A DNA stretch of 64,000 bases from the NCBI RefSeq assembly GCF_004010195.1, contig NC_057730.1, forward strand, positions 38,795,920 through 38,859,919. Reading direction: 5' to 3'. Positions 1-13,653 of the stretch are shown here, piece by piece. Under the pieces are notes generated by a model. That model was not told where the DNA came from. It was given only the letters and a program-made list of their open reading frames with translations, and searched no databases. The number at the start of each line of letters is the position of its first letter. The stretch's first letter is position 1. This DNA comes from Chiloscyllium plagiosum. Its lineage: Eukaryota. The position numbers were made by a program, and so were the translations under genes.

Positions 1-154
1 ACAATTCCAAATGGTGACTGTGATACAAATGGATGAGAAATGTGATAGGATGACATTTCTTTTATCATACTTATCGACACATTTGACTGAATCACAGAAT
101 AATACTGGTGCAGAGTTGGCCATCATAACTATAGTATATCTTCCAAGTTAAAAA

Positions 155-273
155 TCAAACAACACCTGATGAAAGAATAAGCTTGTAACTTCCAAATAAA
201 CCTATTGGACTATAATCTGATATTGTGTGATTTTTAACTTTGTCCATCCCAGTCCAACACCGGCACCTCCACA
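155..273 (+). mobile_element. PLE family A terminal repeat fragment, hammerhead stem II deleted
   Basis: cacctgatga...agcttgt..ttccaaataaacctattggactataa...cccagtccaacaccggcacctcc matches the family A terminus at 20934-21054. Confidence 0.8.
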
Positions 274-431
274 TTATATCTTTCGAAAGTACTGTTGAAT
301 TCATCCCATTTTTCCACACATGGCCCATAGATATGACCATTTATTGCTTTTGGATTCTGAATCCTTTTGAAAAATGTTATTAGGCGGTATCTGATGGGAG
401 CATGAATTTCCTGGGCTCTGACAAGATTTAT

Positions 432-1549
432 GGCAGAATTAGGTAAGAAGATTGGCGAGACCCATCTAACCATTCAGTTGCACCTCGCTGCATCTTTTGT
501 GTATTTGCCAAGCAGCAAGTTGCCAATTATAATTTAATAAAAGATTTAATATTGCCACAACTCATTCATACTCAGCTTCCTATCTTTTCAAAGTGGCCAA
601 ACAAGCTAGACATTGAGAATTCTTGATATGGACATCAGGGTGGGTACCTGGCAGCATCAACTTGCTGCTTTCTCCCAAGGACATCTCAGGGCACACTCCA
701 GGGGTACTAGCCACATGTACCCTATATCCATGGGCATTGGCATCTGACATGCGCCAACCTCTAAGAATTGACATGGCAATTTCTGATCCATTTACAATGC
801 ACCTGTGCACCTTAATTCTCCACCTTGGACTACACCAGCAGCTATCGTTTCAATACTGCTGCAAGGACACTATGCAGTCAGAGATCCACACCCAGCTCAT
901 GGATTAGACCAGGCTGTGTCTCTGGGCTCTTTGCTTGCTCTCATGGTGCTCACTCACTCGGCACCTACCTTGATGCTCATAGGGTCCCTGCCTTGATTTG
1001 CGATTTTGTACTTTGCCGTCTCAACCAGAGATCTCAGGCTCACCGTTCTTCGTTCTTGCCTTGCCGTTTAGCACACACACTGTTGTCAGCAGGCCTCAGT
1101 CAAATCAAGGTGGATAGCCTTCATTCAGGGATTCCTGGTCCAGTAAGTCAGGGGCAGGTTCCAGTACCTGTCCAGGGGCTCAGGCACAGTCAGTCAGCAG
1201 TTAGCAGTGGTCAGAGTCAGGATGTTGTTTACATAAGAGGTTTGGAGTTGAAAAACAAGCAGCTCATTCTTGTTGCCCTCCTGTAGACTGGCTTCCTCCT
1301 GGAGTGACAGCAAGGTAGTTGTTATGGGAGATGAAGGTGTGTGGCCCAACTGTTAGTTTTGGTGTAGATGCGGTTTGTCCTGAATTGAGTGAGCGGGCAG
1401 CACAGTGCATCCTTACATGTATGCTCAATTCCTTTCATGAAAAGAATGTCATCCCATTCTCCTTCAAGACTACATGTGGTATCAGCAGATTAATGTTTGT
1501 GACACATGCACTAGAACACCCAAATCCCTCTAGTCCTCTGAATTCTGCC
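432..1549. mobile_element. Possible old non-autonomous DNA transposon (Harbinger-like?)
   Basis: 9-bp inverted ends ggcagaatt (432-440) and aattctgcc (1541-1549); interior resembles 22.6-23.2 kb in composition; no clear TSD. Confidence 0.25.
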
Positions 1550-1960
1550 TTCGTTCTCCATTGAAGTAATACCCTGCTGCTTCTTTCCTTTTTTTGTTCT
1601 TCCTGCCAAAGGGAACAACTTCCCATTTTTCCACATTATACTCATTCACTCAAACCCAAATCTTTCTACAGCTCCCTTTTGTCATAGAGTCATGGAGTAT
1701 TATAGCATGGAAAGAGGCGATTTAACCTATTGTGTCCATGTCTATCTATTTCTACCCCATTTTCCAGCACTTATCCTGTAGTGTGATGTGCTGTTGCATT
1801 TCAAGTGACCTTCTGAAATGATGCAACGGCTCTGCTACCATTTCAGGAGGTGAAGTCAGTAACAAAGTGTTATTAATTTAAAATTGTCATGAGCAGAATG
1901 GGGACAGAGTTTAAAAGAAATCTAATTGCAACCATGTTTTTTTACAGCAATGGTTGAATG

Positions 1961-2279
1961 ATATAGAATCCCTGCAGTGTGGAAACAGGTCCTTTGACCC
2001 AACAAGTCCACAGCAACCCTCCGAAGAATAACCCACCCAGACCCATTCACCTCTGAGTCACATGCACCTAACCTACACATCCCTGAACATTATGGGCAAT
2101 TTAACAAGGCCAATTCACCTAACTTGCACATCTTTGGATTGTGGTAGAAGAGACGAGAGCACGGAGGAAACCCACGCAGACACAGGGAGAATGTGCAAAC
2201 TCCACACAGGCAGTTGCCAGAGGCTGGAATCCAACCCACATCCCTGGCACTAGGAGGCAACAGTGCTAACCACTGCCGC
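1961..2279 (-). mobile_element. HE1-like tRNA-derived SINE
   Basis: Reverse complement has the cagtggttagcactg head, the gtggagtttgcacattctcc core and a CR1-type tail; homologous to 61886-62200. Confidence 0.85.
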
Positions 2280-3623
2280 TCCGGTTAAGACAGAGACATT
2301 AAATCTCTTTGAAGCAGAGAGATGCCCTGGGATGGAGAGAAAGAACATGAAGCCTTAGTTCTGAATTGTTATAGCCAGGAACTGGCAAAGCTACATTGGG
2401 CCAAGTGACCTCTTTCTGTGCTGTAAAACTCTCTGCTTTTAATTACCAAGGCCTCAAAATCGAATTCAGTCTGCAATTAAAGATATTTGCCTACATGTAA
2501 ATCAATAAGTGAACAAAAGAAAGATCATATTGCATTGCAAATTTAAAATCTTCCAACATTGGAAGTTTCAAATGATTTTGTGTTTCCTAAGGTGCAGCTA
2601 AACTATGGGTTTGAGGCCAGTCCCTGGTTCAGGTGATGCACAGCCAGCAAGTACAAGTGATACTGCCAACTCTCCATTGTTATATGCCAGGGAAAGAAAA
2701 GGGATCCTCTGTTCCATTCAAATACGGGAAATATTTTTATGTTAGCAGACGGGAATAGTCAGTTCATTTCCAGCAGTAAAATGAAGCTTTAATCGGACTC
2801 AAGTAGTTCAGTGAACCTTCTGGGAACTGTTTCAAAGTTTGCTTTGTATTGATTGCTATTGAAGTGCCTCCAGTGTGAAGTCGAGCTTGTTCATCCCATT
2901 TCAGTTCGAGTGACATTAAACCTGCATTTTTCTATATTTTGTGCACCAACAGGAAGACCCCCAACACTGATGCTAAATAGATGGCTGCACTAACTTACTT
3001 TGCAGTGAAGGGGTGAAAATAAGTTGTGCAATGCCAGCCTGCTAAGTCTGGCTTCTATTCAGTGTACAGGAGTAGGAATAACACATTTATCCCGGTTTTA
3101 CATTTAATTAGATTGTAGCTGATGGTAGAAATGGAAAATGCTAAAGGCAAGATATCGTTTCAGGGCGTGATATACCACAATATTAGATGGAGTATAAAGC
3201 AATAAATGATGAGGCCTTGTCAGAATGATTGTTGAGGGTTTGGGGGAATTTTTATCTCCATTTGAACTGGAAAAGTCAGATGGGCAAAGATAACATGGAA
3301 GAAAAGTTACTAGAATATATCCAGGATAGTTTCCAAGAACAGCATGTTGTGGAGCCAACCAGACAGTAGGTTGTAATACACCAGATATCATGCAATGAGA
3401 AAGGATTAATCACCAAAAAAAACCTGTAGTGAAGGCATCCCTAGGAAGCCACGTCCATAATATGATTAGACTTCACATTTCATTTGAAGAAGAGGAGTGG
3501 ATCCAAGACTAATATTTCAAGCTTAAATAAGGACAATTCTGAGGGAAGAGTAAGCTAACAATGACAGCCAAATTAATTTAAGATAGAAATCAATAGTGAT
3601 GCAGTGGCAAATATTTAAGATAA

Positions 3624-3782
3624 AATCAGGTCACTATAGTCCTGCTCCCTCATTAGAGAGAAAGGGATGACCGGTAATGGTTAAACCTGAGGGTTACCAC
3701 ACTTCAGGTGAGAGGTGAGGTTGAGAAGCTAGTAGGAATTGAACTTCATGTTACATTGCAAACCAGCCATCCAGCCAACTGA
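3624..3782 (-). mobile_element. Old tRNA-derived SINE inserted in the CR1
   Basis: Reverse complement begins cagttggctggatggctggtttgcaatg...gttcaattcc (A-box/B-box-like); a similar head occurs near 44290. Confidence 0.4.
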
Positions 3783-4349
3783 TTTCCCCAAGCCCTAACT
3801 GGATATTTAAGAGTACACAGAATAGATGGATTCTAATAGTAAAGGACAATTTCTAAGAGAGAACTTGCTGTTAGTAGCTAACAAAAAAAAATTAAAGATC
3901 ATATCAGACTTGAAATAAAGACATATAATTAAGCCAGTATGTGTGACAAGTTCGAAGATTGAACAGAATATAACAAACAGCAAAGAATGACTAAAACAGT
4001 AATAAGGGAAAACAGTAATAAGGGAAAACTTGGAGAGCAACATAAAATCAGCTGAAAATTTAAAAACAAATATAGGGAGTTTCTGCAGATATTTTATAAA
4101 GAAAAAAGTTAATAATGTGAGCACTGGTCCAGTATAAAGTGAGTAGAGGGAATTAATCATTGAGAATAAGGAGAACACAAATGAATTGAACAGCTATCTT
4201 GCATTACTCTGCACTAAAGGGGATGCAAGTCATAGCCCAGAAATAGCTGTATCCAGGAAATGGAAGAAAGGAAGGTAGGTAAGACATTTACAACCACTGA
4301 GAGGTGGCACTAAGCAAATTGGTGAGGTTATGGGCTGACAAGTACTCAG

Positions 4350-4597
4350 CTGAAAATGTGTTGCTGGAAAAGCGCAGCAGGTCAGGCAGCATCCAAGGAA
4401 AAGGAGAATTGACGTTTTGGGCATGAGCCTTTCTTCAGGAATGGCTCCTGAAGAATCCTTCTTCTGGATTCCTGAAGAAGGGCTCATGCCCGAAATGTCG
4501 ATTCTCCTGCTCCTTGGATGCTGCCTGACCTGCTGCGCTTTTCCAGCAACACATTTTCAGCTCTGATCTCCAGCATCTGCAGTCCTCACTTTCTCCC
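4350..4597 (+). mobile_element. PLE family B fold-back insertion with hammerhead motif
   Basis: Long inverted repeat; TSD ctgacaagtactcag at 4335-4349 and 4598-4612; ctgaaga-a-gggctcatgccc-gaaatgtc core. Confidence 0.88.
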
Positions 4598-7500
4598 CTG
4601 ACAAGTACTCAGGTCCTGATGAACTTCAGCCTAGAGTCTTCAAAGAAATGGCTAATGAGATAACTGAGGCATTGGTTTTCATTTTCCAAAATTCCATAAA
4701 TTTGGGAACAATTTCATTAGAGTGGAAAATAATAACTGTAACTCTTCTATTCAAAAAATGATGGAGACAGAAAGCAGAAAATTGCATTCTGGTTAGCTTA
4801 GCATTTGTCATAGGGAAAATGTTCAAAGCTATTACTAAATATGTTATTAGTAAGGCATTTAGAAAAGTTCAAGGTAATTAGGGAGTCAAAATGGTTTTAT
4901 AAAATTAATTTAATGTTCAGCCAATTTATTGAAATTCTTTTTTAAACAATGTAACATGTGCTGTGAATAAATGAGAATGGTGGATGTTCTGCACTTTGCT
5001 TTCCAGAAGGCATTTGCTACATTGTCACATAAAGGTTTATTGCTGAAAATAAAAACTTGTGCTGAGGAGGTTAATCTATGGGGATGGATAGAAGGTTGGC
5101 TAGCTAAATGAAGAGAGAGAGTAACCATAAATTTATCATTTTCTGGTTAGCAGAATGTAATAATTGGTGTGCCACATTATCAATGGTGAGGCCGAAACGA
5201 TTTACAACTGACATAAATGACCTGGCTAAAGGGACAGAAGATATGGTTGTTAAATTTCCTGGTGTCACAAAAATAGGTAAGAAGGTAGGATCTGAAGACT
5301 ACTAAAGACTGCTATCAAGAGATATAAATAGACTGAGTGAGTGGGCAAAGATCTGCCAAATAGATTATACAATGGGGATATGTGAAATTATTCATCTTGG
5401 CAGGGAGATTTTAAAAAACTGTATTTTCTAAGAGATTGCAGAGCTCTGAGCTACAGAATGATCTGGGTGCCCTAGTGCATGAATTGCAAAAGGCTAGGAC
5501 ACAGGTGCACCAAATAGCTAGGAAAGCTAATAGAATGTTATTGTTTATGACAGTGGTGAAACCTCATCTAGATTACACTCTGAAGAATTGGCCTCCTTTA
5601 GATAAGGAAGGATTTAAATACAGTGGAAACAGTTCAGAGAAAGTTTCCTCGACGAATACTCGAATGGGTGGATTGTATTCTGAGGAAAGATTAAGTTGTA
5701 TTCGCTGGAGTTTAGAAGAGTCAGAGATGACTTGAATAATAAAACATATGAAATCCTGAAGGGACTTGATACTTGAGCCTAAGTGGAAAGAATGTTCTGC
5801 CTTCTGAGGGAATATCAAATTAAGAAATCATTTTCATAAATCAGGGGTTGCTCGTTTAATCCGGAGACACGGAGAATGTTTTCCTCATGGAGTCTTTGGA
5901 ATTTCCTTTCTCAAGATCTTTCATTGATCCAGGTGGGATTTATTATTCCAGTGAATGGTTGATTGGCATCCCACTGATGGTCAGCAATACAACAAAATCT
6001 GTTGCTCTGAGTTTTGAATATTTTTAATGACCTCGTGTGTTGCCCTTTATGAGCTTTCCGTTTCCGCCACCTCCATATACTTCATATTAAAATTCCAGAA
6101 GACCTGGTTTTTTTCTTTTTAAGGTTCTAGCTCTCTAGAGGAAATTAACACTGCTTGTGTTTCTTAACTCTACCAAATATGTTTGATAATCAATCTGCCT
6201 GCATTCTCATTCTGCGTCCTTAAGTTTCCAGGTATTTTCAACGTTTAGAAGTGAGTGAAACATCTGCTCTGTCTTTTTCAGAGATGGTACCCTGTTGGCT
6301 AGCCCACACCACTTGCTGCTTGTATTGTGTTAAATTATATCTATTGTCTTGTTCACATTCCCATTCATTAGTACAGCATCACTTTCTGAACTGAACATCA
6401 TTGAGGATCGTGCGTTTTATGGGCAGGTTCAGTAGTTATGTGATCATGCATTAAAATGAACATTCCCACTGTGAAAATATTTTCATCTGCGATTGTAAAG
6501 AAGATTTCTAAAAAGCAATTCCAATATAGATATGATAGGCTGGAGGTTCTCCATTTACAATGGAAAATTCTACGATAGAGATGAGCATAGATAGTTGCTG
6601 ATTAGACCAGGAGGCAAGCTGCCGATGAATTATGCAAGAGAGGCAGATGGAAATCAATCATGTATATTGTCCAAATGATTATTTCAGACATATTCATCAA
6701 CATGAATTCTGTTTAAAAAGAAACAAAGGTTTACAATTTCCTATTATATGACATGTGGCTCAGAGTTTGTCATTAACAGCAAACTTAATCAGTGTTGCAT
6801 ATATATTTATAAAAGTATGAGTTCATCTGCTGGCGTTTATCTGTCTGGATTTATTACCAAACCGATTTGCCCCAAACAAAATGACATTAGACCTTCTGCT
6901 TGAACCACAACAGTCTATAGGGTGATGGTACTCTTAAGTAGAGAGTCCCAAGGATTCAACGCAGTGGACACTAAGGAAATGATGATGCATCTAAATGTGG
7001 TAGTGCCTGACTTCAAAGGAAATTTAAAGATTATAATGATCCTGTGCACATTATTTAATTGGCCTTTGAAACATTTCTGTCAAGCATTTGAAAATGGATG
7101 GAGAATTGCTCTACATATCTGAAATGCTCTACATATCAGACGCACTCTATTTCCCCAGCCTGTGCATTTCAGTTGAATTCAGCATGTCTACTAAGTTACC
7201 AGTTACAACCAGTCAATATTAAGTCAGGCTCCAACTATTTTTTGGATTTTAAGAAATAGATGTTCGTTCACGTGCAATTGAGCTTGCAATTTCCCATTGA
7301 AGGTTTGACCACACATATTTGGAGGGTTGTACACATGTACTTGGCCTCTTTAATAGTATGACCACTCAATCTGTTGTCCTCCTATTTGCAGAATGGCAAT
7401 AATAGTTCAATTGCATTCCAATTAGCTATGAATTGTGGGCAAAGCAATAGAACTGAACATCACCTTTGCTTTCAATGTGTCAGCCAGTGTGTGATTGCCT

Positions 7501-7859
7501 TTCCATCCTGTTGTGAGTAATGAAGTTGATGCATTGCCTTATTGGATGTGACAGGCCCAGTACATAAAGATTAGTTGTGCTGTAATTAAATGTGCTGTAG
7601 CCAGCAGAATGTTTGCTGATATTACTTCATGCAGAAGTAGCGATGGTGGCAACTGTGATTGTGTTGCTTTTCCCCAGTTTGGCCTTCAGAGACAAAGCAG
7701 CATAATCCATGAAATGTGTTGCTGCTCAACCTGCTGCGAGAAAGATGAAAAATAAAATCTATAATTATGTTTTACCTTGCATGCTCCGTCATAGGACAAC
7801 TTACATTTCAGGGAGTCTCAAGGTTTGTCATATTTACAGGTAGTTTCTCTAAGGTCCCA

Positions 7860-8110
7860 TCTACCTTCTCAGGTGAAGGTAAAGCATACTATTCAACTAT
7901 TCCAACGAAGACAGGAGCTTTTCCTGGTCCAATGTTTATCTCTCAAATATTATCATTATCATATTGTTGTTTATAACAGCTTTGTTTGCTCAAATTGGCT
8001 TGTGCATTTTGTACTTTTCAGTAGCCAGAACACTTCAAAAGTGTTTCAATTGCTCCAAAGTGCTTTGGGACTAGCTGAAGATGCTCAAAGGGCTACCTAA
8101 TGGAAGCATT
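7860..8110 (+). mobile_element. Deu-domain SINE (SacSINE/AmnSINE-like), decayed
   Basis: actattccaacgaagacaggag...cctggtccaatgtttatc...caaattggct...aaagtgctttgggac; similar to copies at 16.0, 27.1, 36.3, 47.6 and 60.4 kb. Confidence 0.55.
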
Positions 8111-9023
8111 TCTCTGTATTCCTTTCTTTCTTCCAATGTGATTGACAGTGAGGGAGAGAGTGGGTTGGACATTCATGTCAATTACAGTATGATAAAAACT
8201 AGGATCAATTAACAAATCCCATTGAGAGCATTCACATAATTCAAAGCTCATGCAATGCACAATTTGTTTGACAAACGGCAGCAGAGGGAGAGAGGGACAT
8301 GATACAGCAAGTTAAAGAAAAAGTTGATCCTAAAGCCTGTCACTGATTGCCAGCTAGCCTGTCATCTGGCTTGCATTGATTTTTGTCAGAAATGGCCTTT
8401 TTTCGAGAAAGACTAAGAGAGGATGGTTAGCGAAGAACTTATTCCAGTAATATTGTCAGCATGTTAACTTGGACAGTGTAGTTATTTTAAAACAGCTTAA
8501 AAATAGATATTTTTTCCAGCAGAAAGTCTCACGTGTGAATCATGTCATAGTTAATTACCAGTGGACTCCAATTTTCAAGTCATGACACTAAGTAATCCAT
8601 AGAAATAGTTTCTCTCTGCCTTGAAGGGAATGCAACTCCACTTCCTTAAGCCCAGAAAATATAGGCAAGCTTGGAGAGACTCAAAGCTTGCAAGCTGCCA
8701 GTATTTAACCAAATAAAACCCTCACAATGTATCAATACAGAGCACAAGTTTCACACGCCTCTTCAGAGAGGATCAGGCTAACCATTCTGGCATGGGCCTT
8801 TAAGATCGTCTTTCAATGTTAAAACATTAATATTTTTGTGTTCTTCTGATTCTGACTTCTTGCTCAATCCTAATTTTCATTATCTTATCAAAAGTCGTTA
8901 TCTCGATATTAGACTCTTTGACCAAACCAAAGTTATCTGTCCCAAAGCCACCTGTCCCAAAATTATTTCATGTATTGTGATGTCAAATCTTGTCTGATAA
9001 ATGCCTTTGCATTTATATTAAAA

Positions 9024-9530
9024 AGTCATAGAGTCATAGAGATGTACAGCATGGAAACAGACCCTTCAGTTCAACTCATCCAGGCTGACCAGATATCGTA
9101 ACCTAATCTAATCCCATTTGTCAGCATTTGGCCCATATCCCAAGAAACCCTTCTTATTCATGTACTCATCCAGATGCCTTTTAAATGTTGTAATTGTACT
9201 TCCTCTGGTAGCTCATGCCATACATGCTCTATCCTCTGTGAAAAGATTTCCCCTGACGTCCCTTTTAAAACATTCACCTCTCACTTTGAACCGATATCCT
9301 CTAGTTTTGGACTCTCCCACTTTGGGAAAAGATCTTGGCTATTCACCCATGTCCCTCATGATTTTAGAAACTCCTCTAAGGTCATCCCTCAATCTACAAC
9401 GCTCCGGGAAAACAGCCCCATCCTAGTCAGTCTCTCCCTATAGTTGTAACCCTCCAACCCTGGCAACATGCTTGTAAATCTTTTCTGCACCCTTTCAAGT
9501 TTCACAACATCCTTCCGAAAGCAGAGATAG
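9024..9530 (-). mobile_element. CR1/HER1 LINE 3' end
   Basis: gtcatagagtcatagag is the reverse of the (ctctatga)n tail; the body is the reverse complement of 12650-13140. Confidence 0.9.
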
Positions 9531-10218
9531 CTGAACTGGGTCGAGTAGGTTCAGCCTGTTTTCAGTGGAATTTAACTTTATTGAAATATACAAGATTCTT
9601 TGCGGGCCTGACAGGGTAGACATCGAGACCTATAAATGCAGGAGCATAGTTCCTTGAAAGTGGATTTGCACATAGAAAGGGCGGTGAAGAAGGCATTTTT
9701 CATGCTTGTTTTCATTGGTTATAACATTGAGTATAGGAGTTAGGATACCAAGTTACAGCTATACAGAACATTGGTGAGGCCGCTTTTAAATACTGCATTC
9801 AATTCTGATCACCCTTCTATTGAAAGGATGTTAAACTTGAGAGCATGCAGAAAAGATTTACAAGGATGTTACCTGGACTGGAGGGCTCAATCTGTAGAGA
9901 GAGCTTGAATAGGCTGGAACTCTTTTCTCTGGAATGTCAGAAGTGAAGGGGTGACCTTATAAAGATTTATAAAACCATGAGAGGCATGGATAGGGTAAAT
10001 AGCCAAGGTCTTTTTCTCAGGGTAGAGGAATCCAAAACTAGAGGGTATAAGTTTAAGGTGAGAGGGGAAAGATTGAAAAAGGTGCTGAGGGGGTAACTTT
10101 TTCACTCAGAGAGATGTGCATGCATGGAATGAGCTACAAATGCAGTTTAATGTGGATAAATGTGTGGTTATCCACTTTGGTGGCAAGAACAGGAAGGCAG
10201 ATTACTACCAAAATGGAG

Positions 10219-10419
10219 AAAGTGAGGTCTGCAGATGCTGGAGATCAGAGATGGAAATGTGTTGCTGGAAAAGCGAAGCAGGTCAGGCAGCATCTAGGGA
10301 ACAGGAGAATCGACGTTTCGGGCGTTAGTCCTGAAGAAGGGCTAATGCCCGAAACGTCGATTCTCCTGTTCCCTAGATGCTGCCTGACCTGCTGCGCTTT
10401 TCCAGCAACACATTTCCAT
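10219..10419. mobile_element. PLE family B fold-back insertion
   Basis: Inverted arms of ~80 bp; TSD tactaccaaaatggag / tactacctaaatggag (1 mismatch). Confidence 0.9.
10327..10362 (+). ncRNA. Minimal type I hammerhead ribozyme motif (family B)
   Basis: agtc-CUGAAGA-a-GGGC-uaau-GCCC-GAA-ACGU-C^-gauu: core intact, 4-bp stem II, palindromic ACGU stem III, short stem I; activity untested. Confidence 0.7.
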
Positions 10420-11259
10420 CTACTACCTAAATGGAGTCAAGTTAGGTAAAGGGGCAGTACAACTAGATCTAGGTGTTCTTGTACATCAGTCAATGAAAGC
10501 AAGCATGCAGGTACAGCAGGCAGTGAAGAAAACTAATAGAATGCTGACCTTCATAACAAGAGGCATTGAATATAGAAGCAAAGAGGTCCTTCTGCAGCTG
10601 TACAGGGCCCTGATGAGACCGCACCTAGAATGTTGTGTGCAGTTTTGGTCTCCAAATTTGAGGAAAGAGATTCTGGCTATTGAGGAAGTGCAGCGTAGGT
10701 TCACGAGGTCAATTCCCGGAATGGCAGGACTATCTTACGCTGAAAGATTGGAGCGACTGGGCTTGTATCCACTTGAGTTTAGAAGGCTGAGAGGGGATCT
10801 GATTGAGATACAAGATTATTAAAGGATTGGACACTCTGGAGGCAGGAAGCATGTTTCCGCTGATGGGTGAGTTCCGAACCAGAGGACACAGTTTAAAAAT
10901 AAGGGGTAGGCCACTTAGAACAGAGTTGAGGAGAAACTTCTTCACCCAGAGAGTGGTGGGTGTATGGAATGCTCTGCCCCAAGAAAGAGTTGGATAGAGC
11001 TCTTAAGGATAGTGGAATCAAGGGTTATGGGAATAAGGCAGGAGCAGGATACTGATTGAGGATGATCAGCCATGATCATAATAAATGGTGGTGCAGGCTC
11101 AAAGGGCAGAATGGCCTACTCCTGCACCTATTGTCTATTGTCTATTGTCTACCAGAACAAATGTGGAGGCTGGTACAATTAAAACATTTAAAAGGCATCT
11201 GGTTGGATATATGAATAAGAAGGGTCTGGAGGGGTATGGGCCAAATGTTGGCAAATGTC

Positions 11260-13205
11260 CATATTACAGAGGGGGAAGTGCTGGTTGTCTTGAAACACAT
11301 AAAGATAGATAAATCCCCAAGACCCAATCAGGTGTACCCTAGAATGTTGTGAGAAGCTAGGAAAGCGATTGCTGGGCCCTTTGCTGAGATATTTGTATCA
11401 TCGACAGTTACAGGTGAGGTGCCGGCAGACTGGAGGTTGGCAAACGTGGTGCCACTGTTTAAGAAAGGTAAAGATAAGCCAGGAAACTATAGACCGGTAG
11501 TGAGCAAGTTGTTACAGGATGTACATGTATTTGGAAAGACAAGGACTGATTAGGGATAGTCAACATGGTTTTGTATGTGGGGAATCATGTCTCACAAACT
11601 TGATTGAGCTTTTTGAAGAAGTAACAAAGAGGATTGATGAGGGCAGAGTGGTGGACGTGATCTATATGGACTTTAGTAAGGCGTTCGATAAGGTTTCCCA
11701 TTGGAGACTGGTTAGCAAGATTAGATCTCATGGAATACAGGGAGAACTAGCCATTTGGATGCAGAACCACTCAAAGGTAGAAGGCGGAGGGTGGTAATGG
11801 AGGGTTGTTTTTCAGACTGGAGACCAGTGACCAGTGGAGTGCCACAAGGATCGGTGCTTGGTCCACTACTTTTTGTCATTTACATAAATGGTTTGGATGT
11901 GATCATAGGAAGTATAGTTAGTAAGTTTGCAGATGACCTCAAAATTGGAGGTGTAATGGACAGATTACATTGGGATCTTGATCAGATGGGCCAATGGGCT
12001 GAGGAGTGGCAGATGGAGTTTAATCTAGATAAATGTAAGATGTTGCATTTTGGGAAAACAAATCTTAGCAGGACTTATATACTCAATGGTCAGGTCCTAA
12101 AGAGTGTTGCTGAACAAAGAGACCTTGGAGTGCAGGTTCATAGCTCCTTGAAAGTGGAGTCACAGGTAGACAGGATAGTGAAGAAGGTGTTTGGTATGCT
12201 TTCCTTTATTGGTCAGAGNNNNNNNNNNNNNNNNNNNNNNNNNNNNNNNNNNNNNNNNNNNNNNNNNNNNNNNNNNNNNNNNNNNNNNNNNNNNNNNNNN
12301 NNNNNNNNNNNNNNNNNNNNNNNNNNNNNNNNNNNNNNNNNNNNNNNNNNNNNNNNNNNNNNNNNNNNNNNNNNNNNNNNNNNNNNNNNNNNNNNNNNNN
12401 NNNNNNNNNNNNNNNNNNNNNNNNNNNNNNNNNNNNNNNNNNNNNNNNNNNNNNNNNNNNNNNNNNNNNNNNNNNNNNNNNNNNNNNNNNNNNNNNNNNN
12501 NNNNNNNNNNNNNNNNNNNNNNNNNNNNNNNNNNNNNNNNNNNNNNNNNNNNNNNNNNNNNNNNNNNNNNNNNNNNNNNNNNNNNNCACTTTTGGAATAT
12601 TGCATTCAATTCTGGTCTCCTTCCTATCGGAAGGATGTTGTAAACTTGAAAGGGTTCAGAAAAGATTTATAAAGATGTTGCCAAGGTTGGAGGATTTGAA
12701 CTATAGGGAGAGGTGTAATAGGCTGGGGCTATTTTCCCTGGAGCATCAGAGGCTGAGGGGTGACCTTATAAAGGTTTATAAAATTATGAGGGGCATGGAT
12801 AGGATAAATAGACAAGGTCTTTTCCTTGGGGTGGGGGAGTGCAGAACTAGAGGGCTTAGGTTTAGGGTGAGAGGGGAAAGATATGAAAGAGACCTAAGGG
12901 GCAACCTTTTCACGCAGAGGGTGGTACGTGTATGGAATGAGCTGCCAGAGGAAGTGGTGGAGGCTGGTACAATTGCAATATTTAAAAAACATCTGGATGG
13001 GTATATGAATAGGAAGGATTTGGAGGGATATGGGCCGGTGCTGGCAGATGGGACTAGATTAGGTTGGGATATCTGGTTGGCATGGACGAGTTGGACTGAA
13101 GGGTCTGTTTCTGTGCTGTACATCTCTATGACTCTATGACTCAATGTCTGGATGTCTGAATTGGACTGAAGTGTCTGTTTCCATGTTGTATGACTCTATG
13201 ACTGT
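11260..13205 (+). mobile_element. CR1/HER1 LINE RT region and 3' end (contains an assembly gap)
   Basis: SQHGFV, YMDFSKAFDKV, SGVPQGSVLGPLLFVIYIN, SKFADDLK; (ctctatga)n tail. Confidence 0.95.
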
Positions 13206-13653
13206 ATCTATTGGGCTTAATTTACTGTGGCTTTAAGTTTCCATCTTGGGAATCTGATTGCCTCTTCCAGGATTGTTCATATTACTGAGCCTAGTCTTGG
13301 CCAGTTTCAAATAACACCTTCAGGTTTGAACCAAATATTTCTGGTCTAGAACTTTTAAACTAAATTACTTACACTGAGGTAACCTCTTCCTTAACAGACC
13401 TAAAACTACCCCTGTTTTCCAACAGCAGCTATTTTATAAATCCAGCTTCAGCCATGACTTTTACAAACTGCTCCAATCTGAAATCTTTTTCCAAGTGATG
13501 GGTGTTTCATCAAAGCTGGATTTCAGAATTATTTATGTGAAAACATATGCCTTTCTTTTACTTTGTTTGCAAGTAAACTCTCCCAGTGTAAATAAATCCC
13601 ATTACTCCATAGGAAATCTCTCTCTAATGTTGTGTTTTAAAATAAAGTTATAA

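Larger units (their letters stand above)
3140..5930 (+). mobile_element. Old decayed CR1 LINE (endonuclease to RT to C-terminus) interrupted by younger insertions
   Basis: Degenerate CR1 motifs (GPDELQPRVFKE, FQKAF, FTTDINDL..VVKFP, NDLGALVH, VKPHLDY) with many stops and frameshifts. Confidence 0.8.
10138..11150 (+). mobile_element. CR1 LINE 3' part (second subfamily, (ctattgt)n tail)
   Basis: ORFs MQFNVDKC.VIHFG, LYRALMRPHLECCVQFWSP, RRNFFTQRVVGVWNALP; tail ctattgtctattgtctattgt. Confidence 0.9.
9630..11260 (+). mobile_element. CR1 3' fragment split by a nested, different CR1 subfamily
   Basis: Sequence breaks after ggaatgagctac (~10137) and resumes at ccagaacaaatgtggaggctggtacaatt (~11152). 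Confidence 0.8.

Noticed and set aside
11755-12672. 305-aa and other long ORFs through the N-run
   Set aside because: Lengths are inflated by the assembly gap; the real part is CR1 RT.
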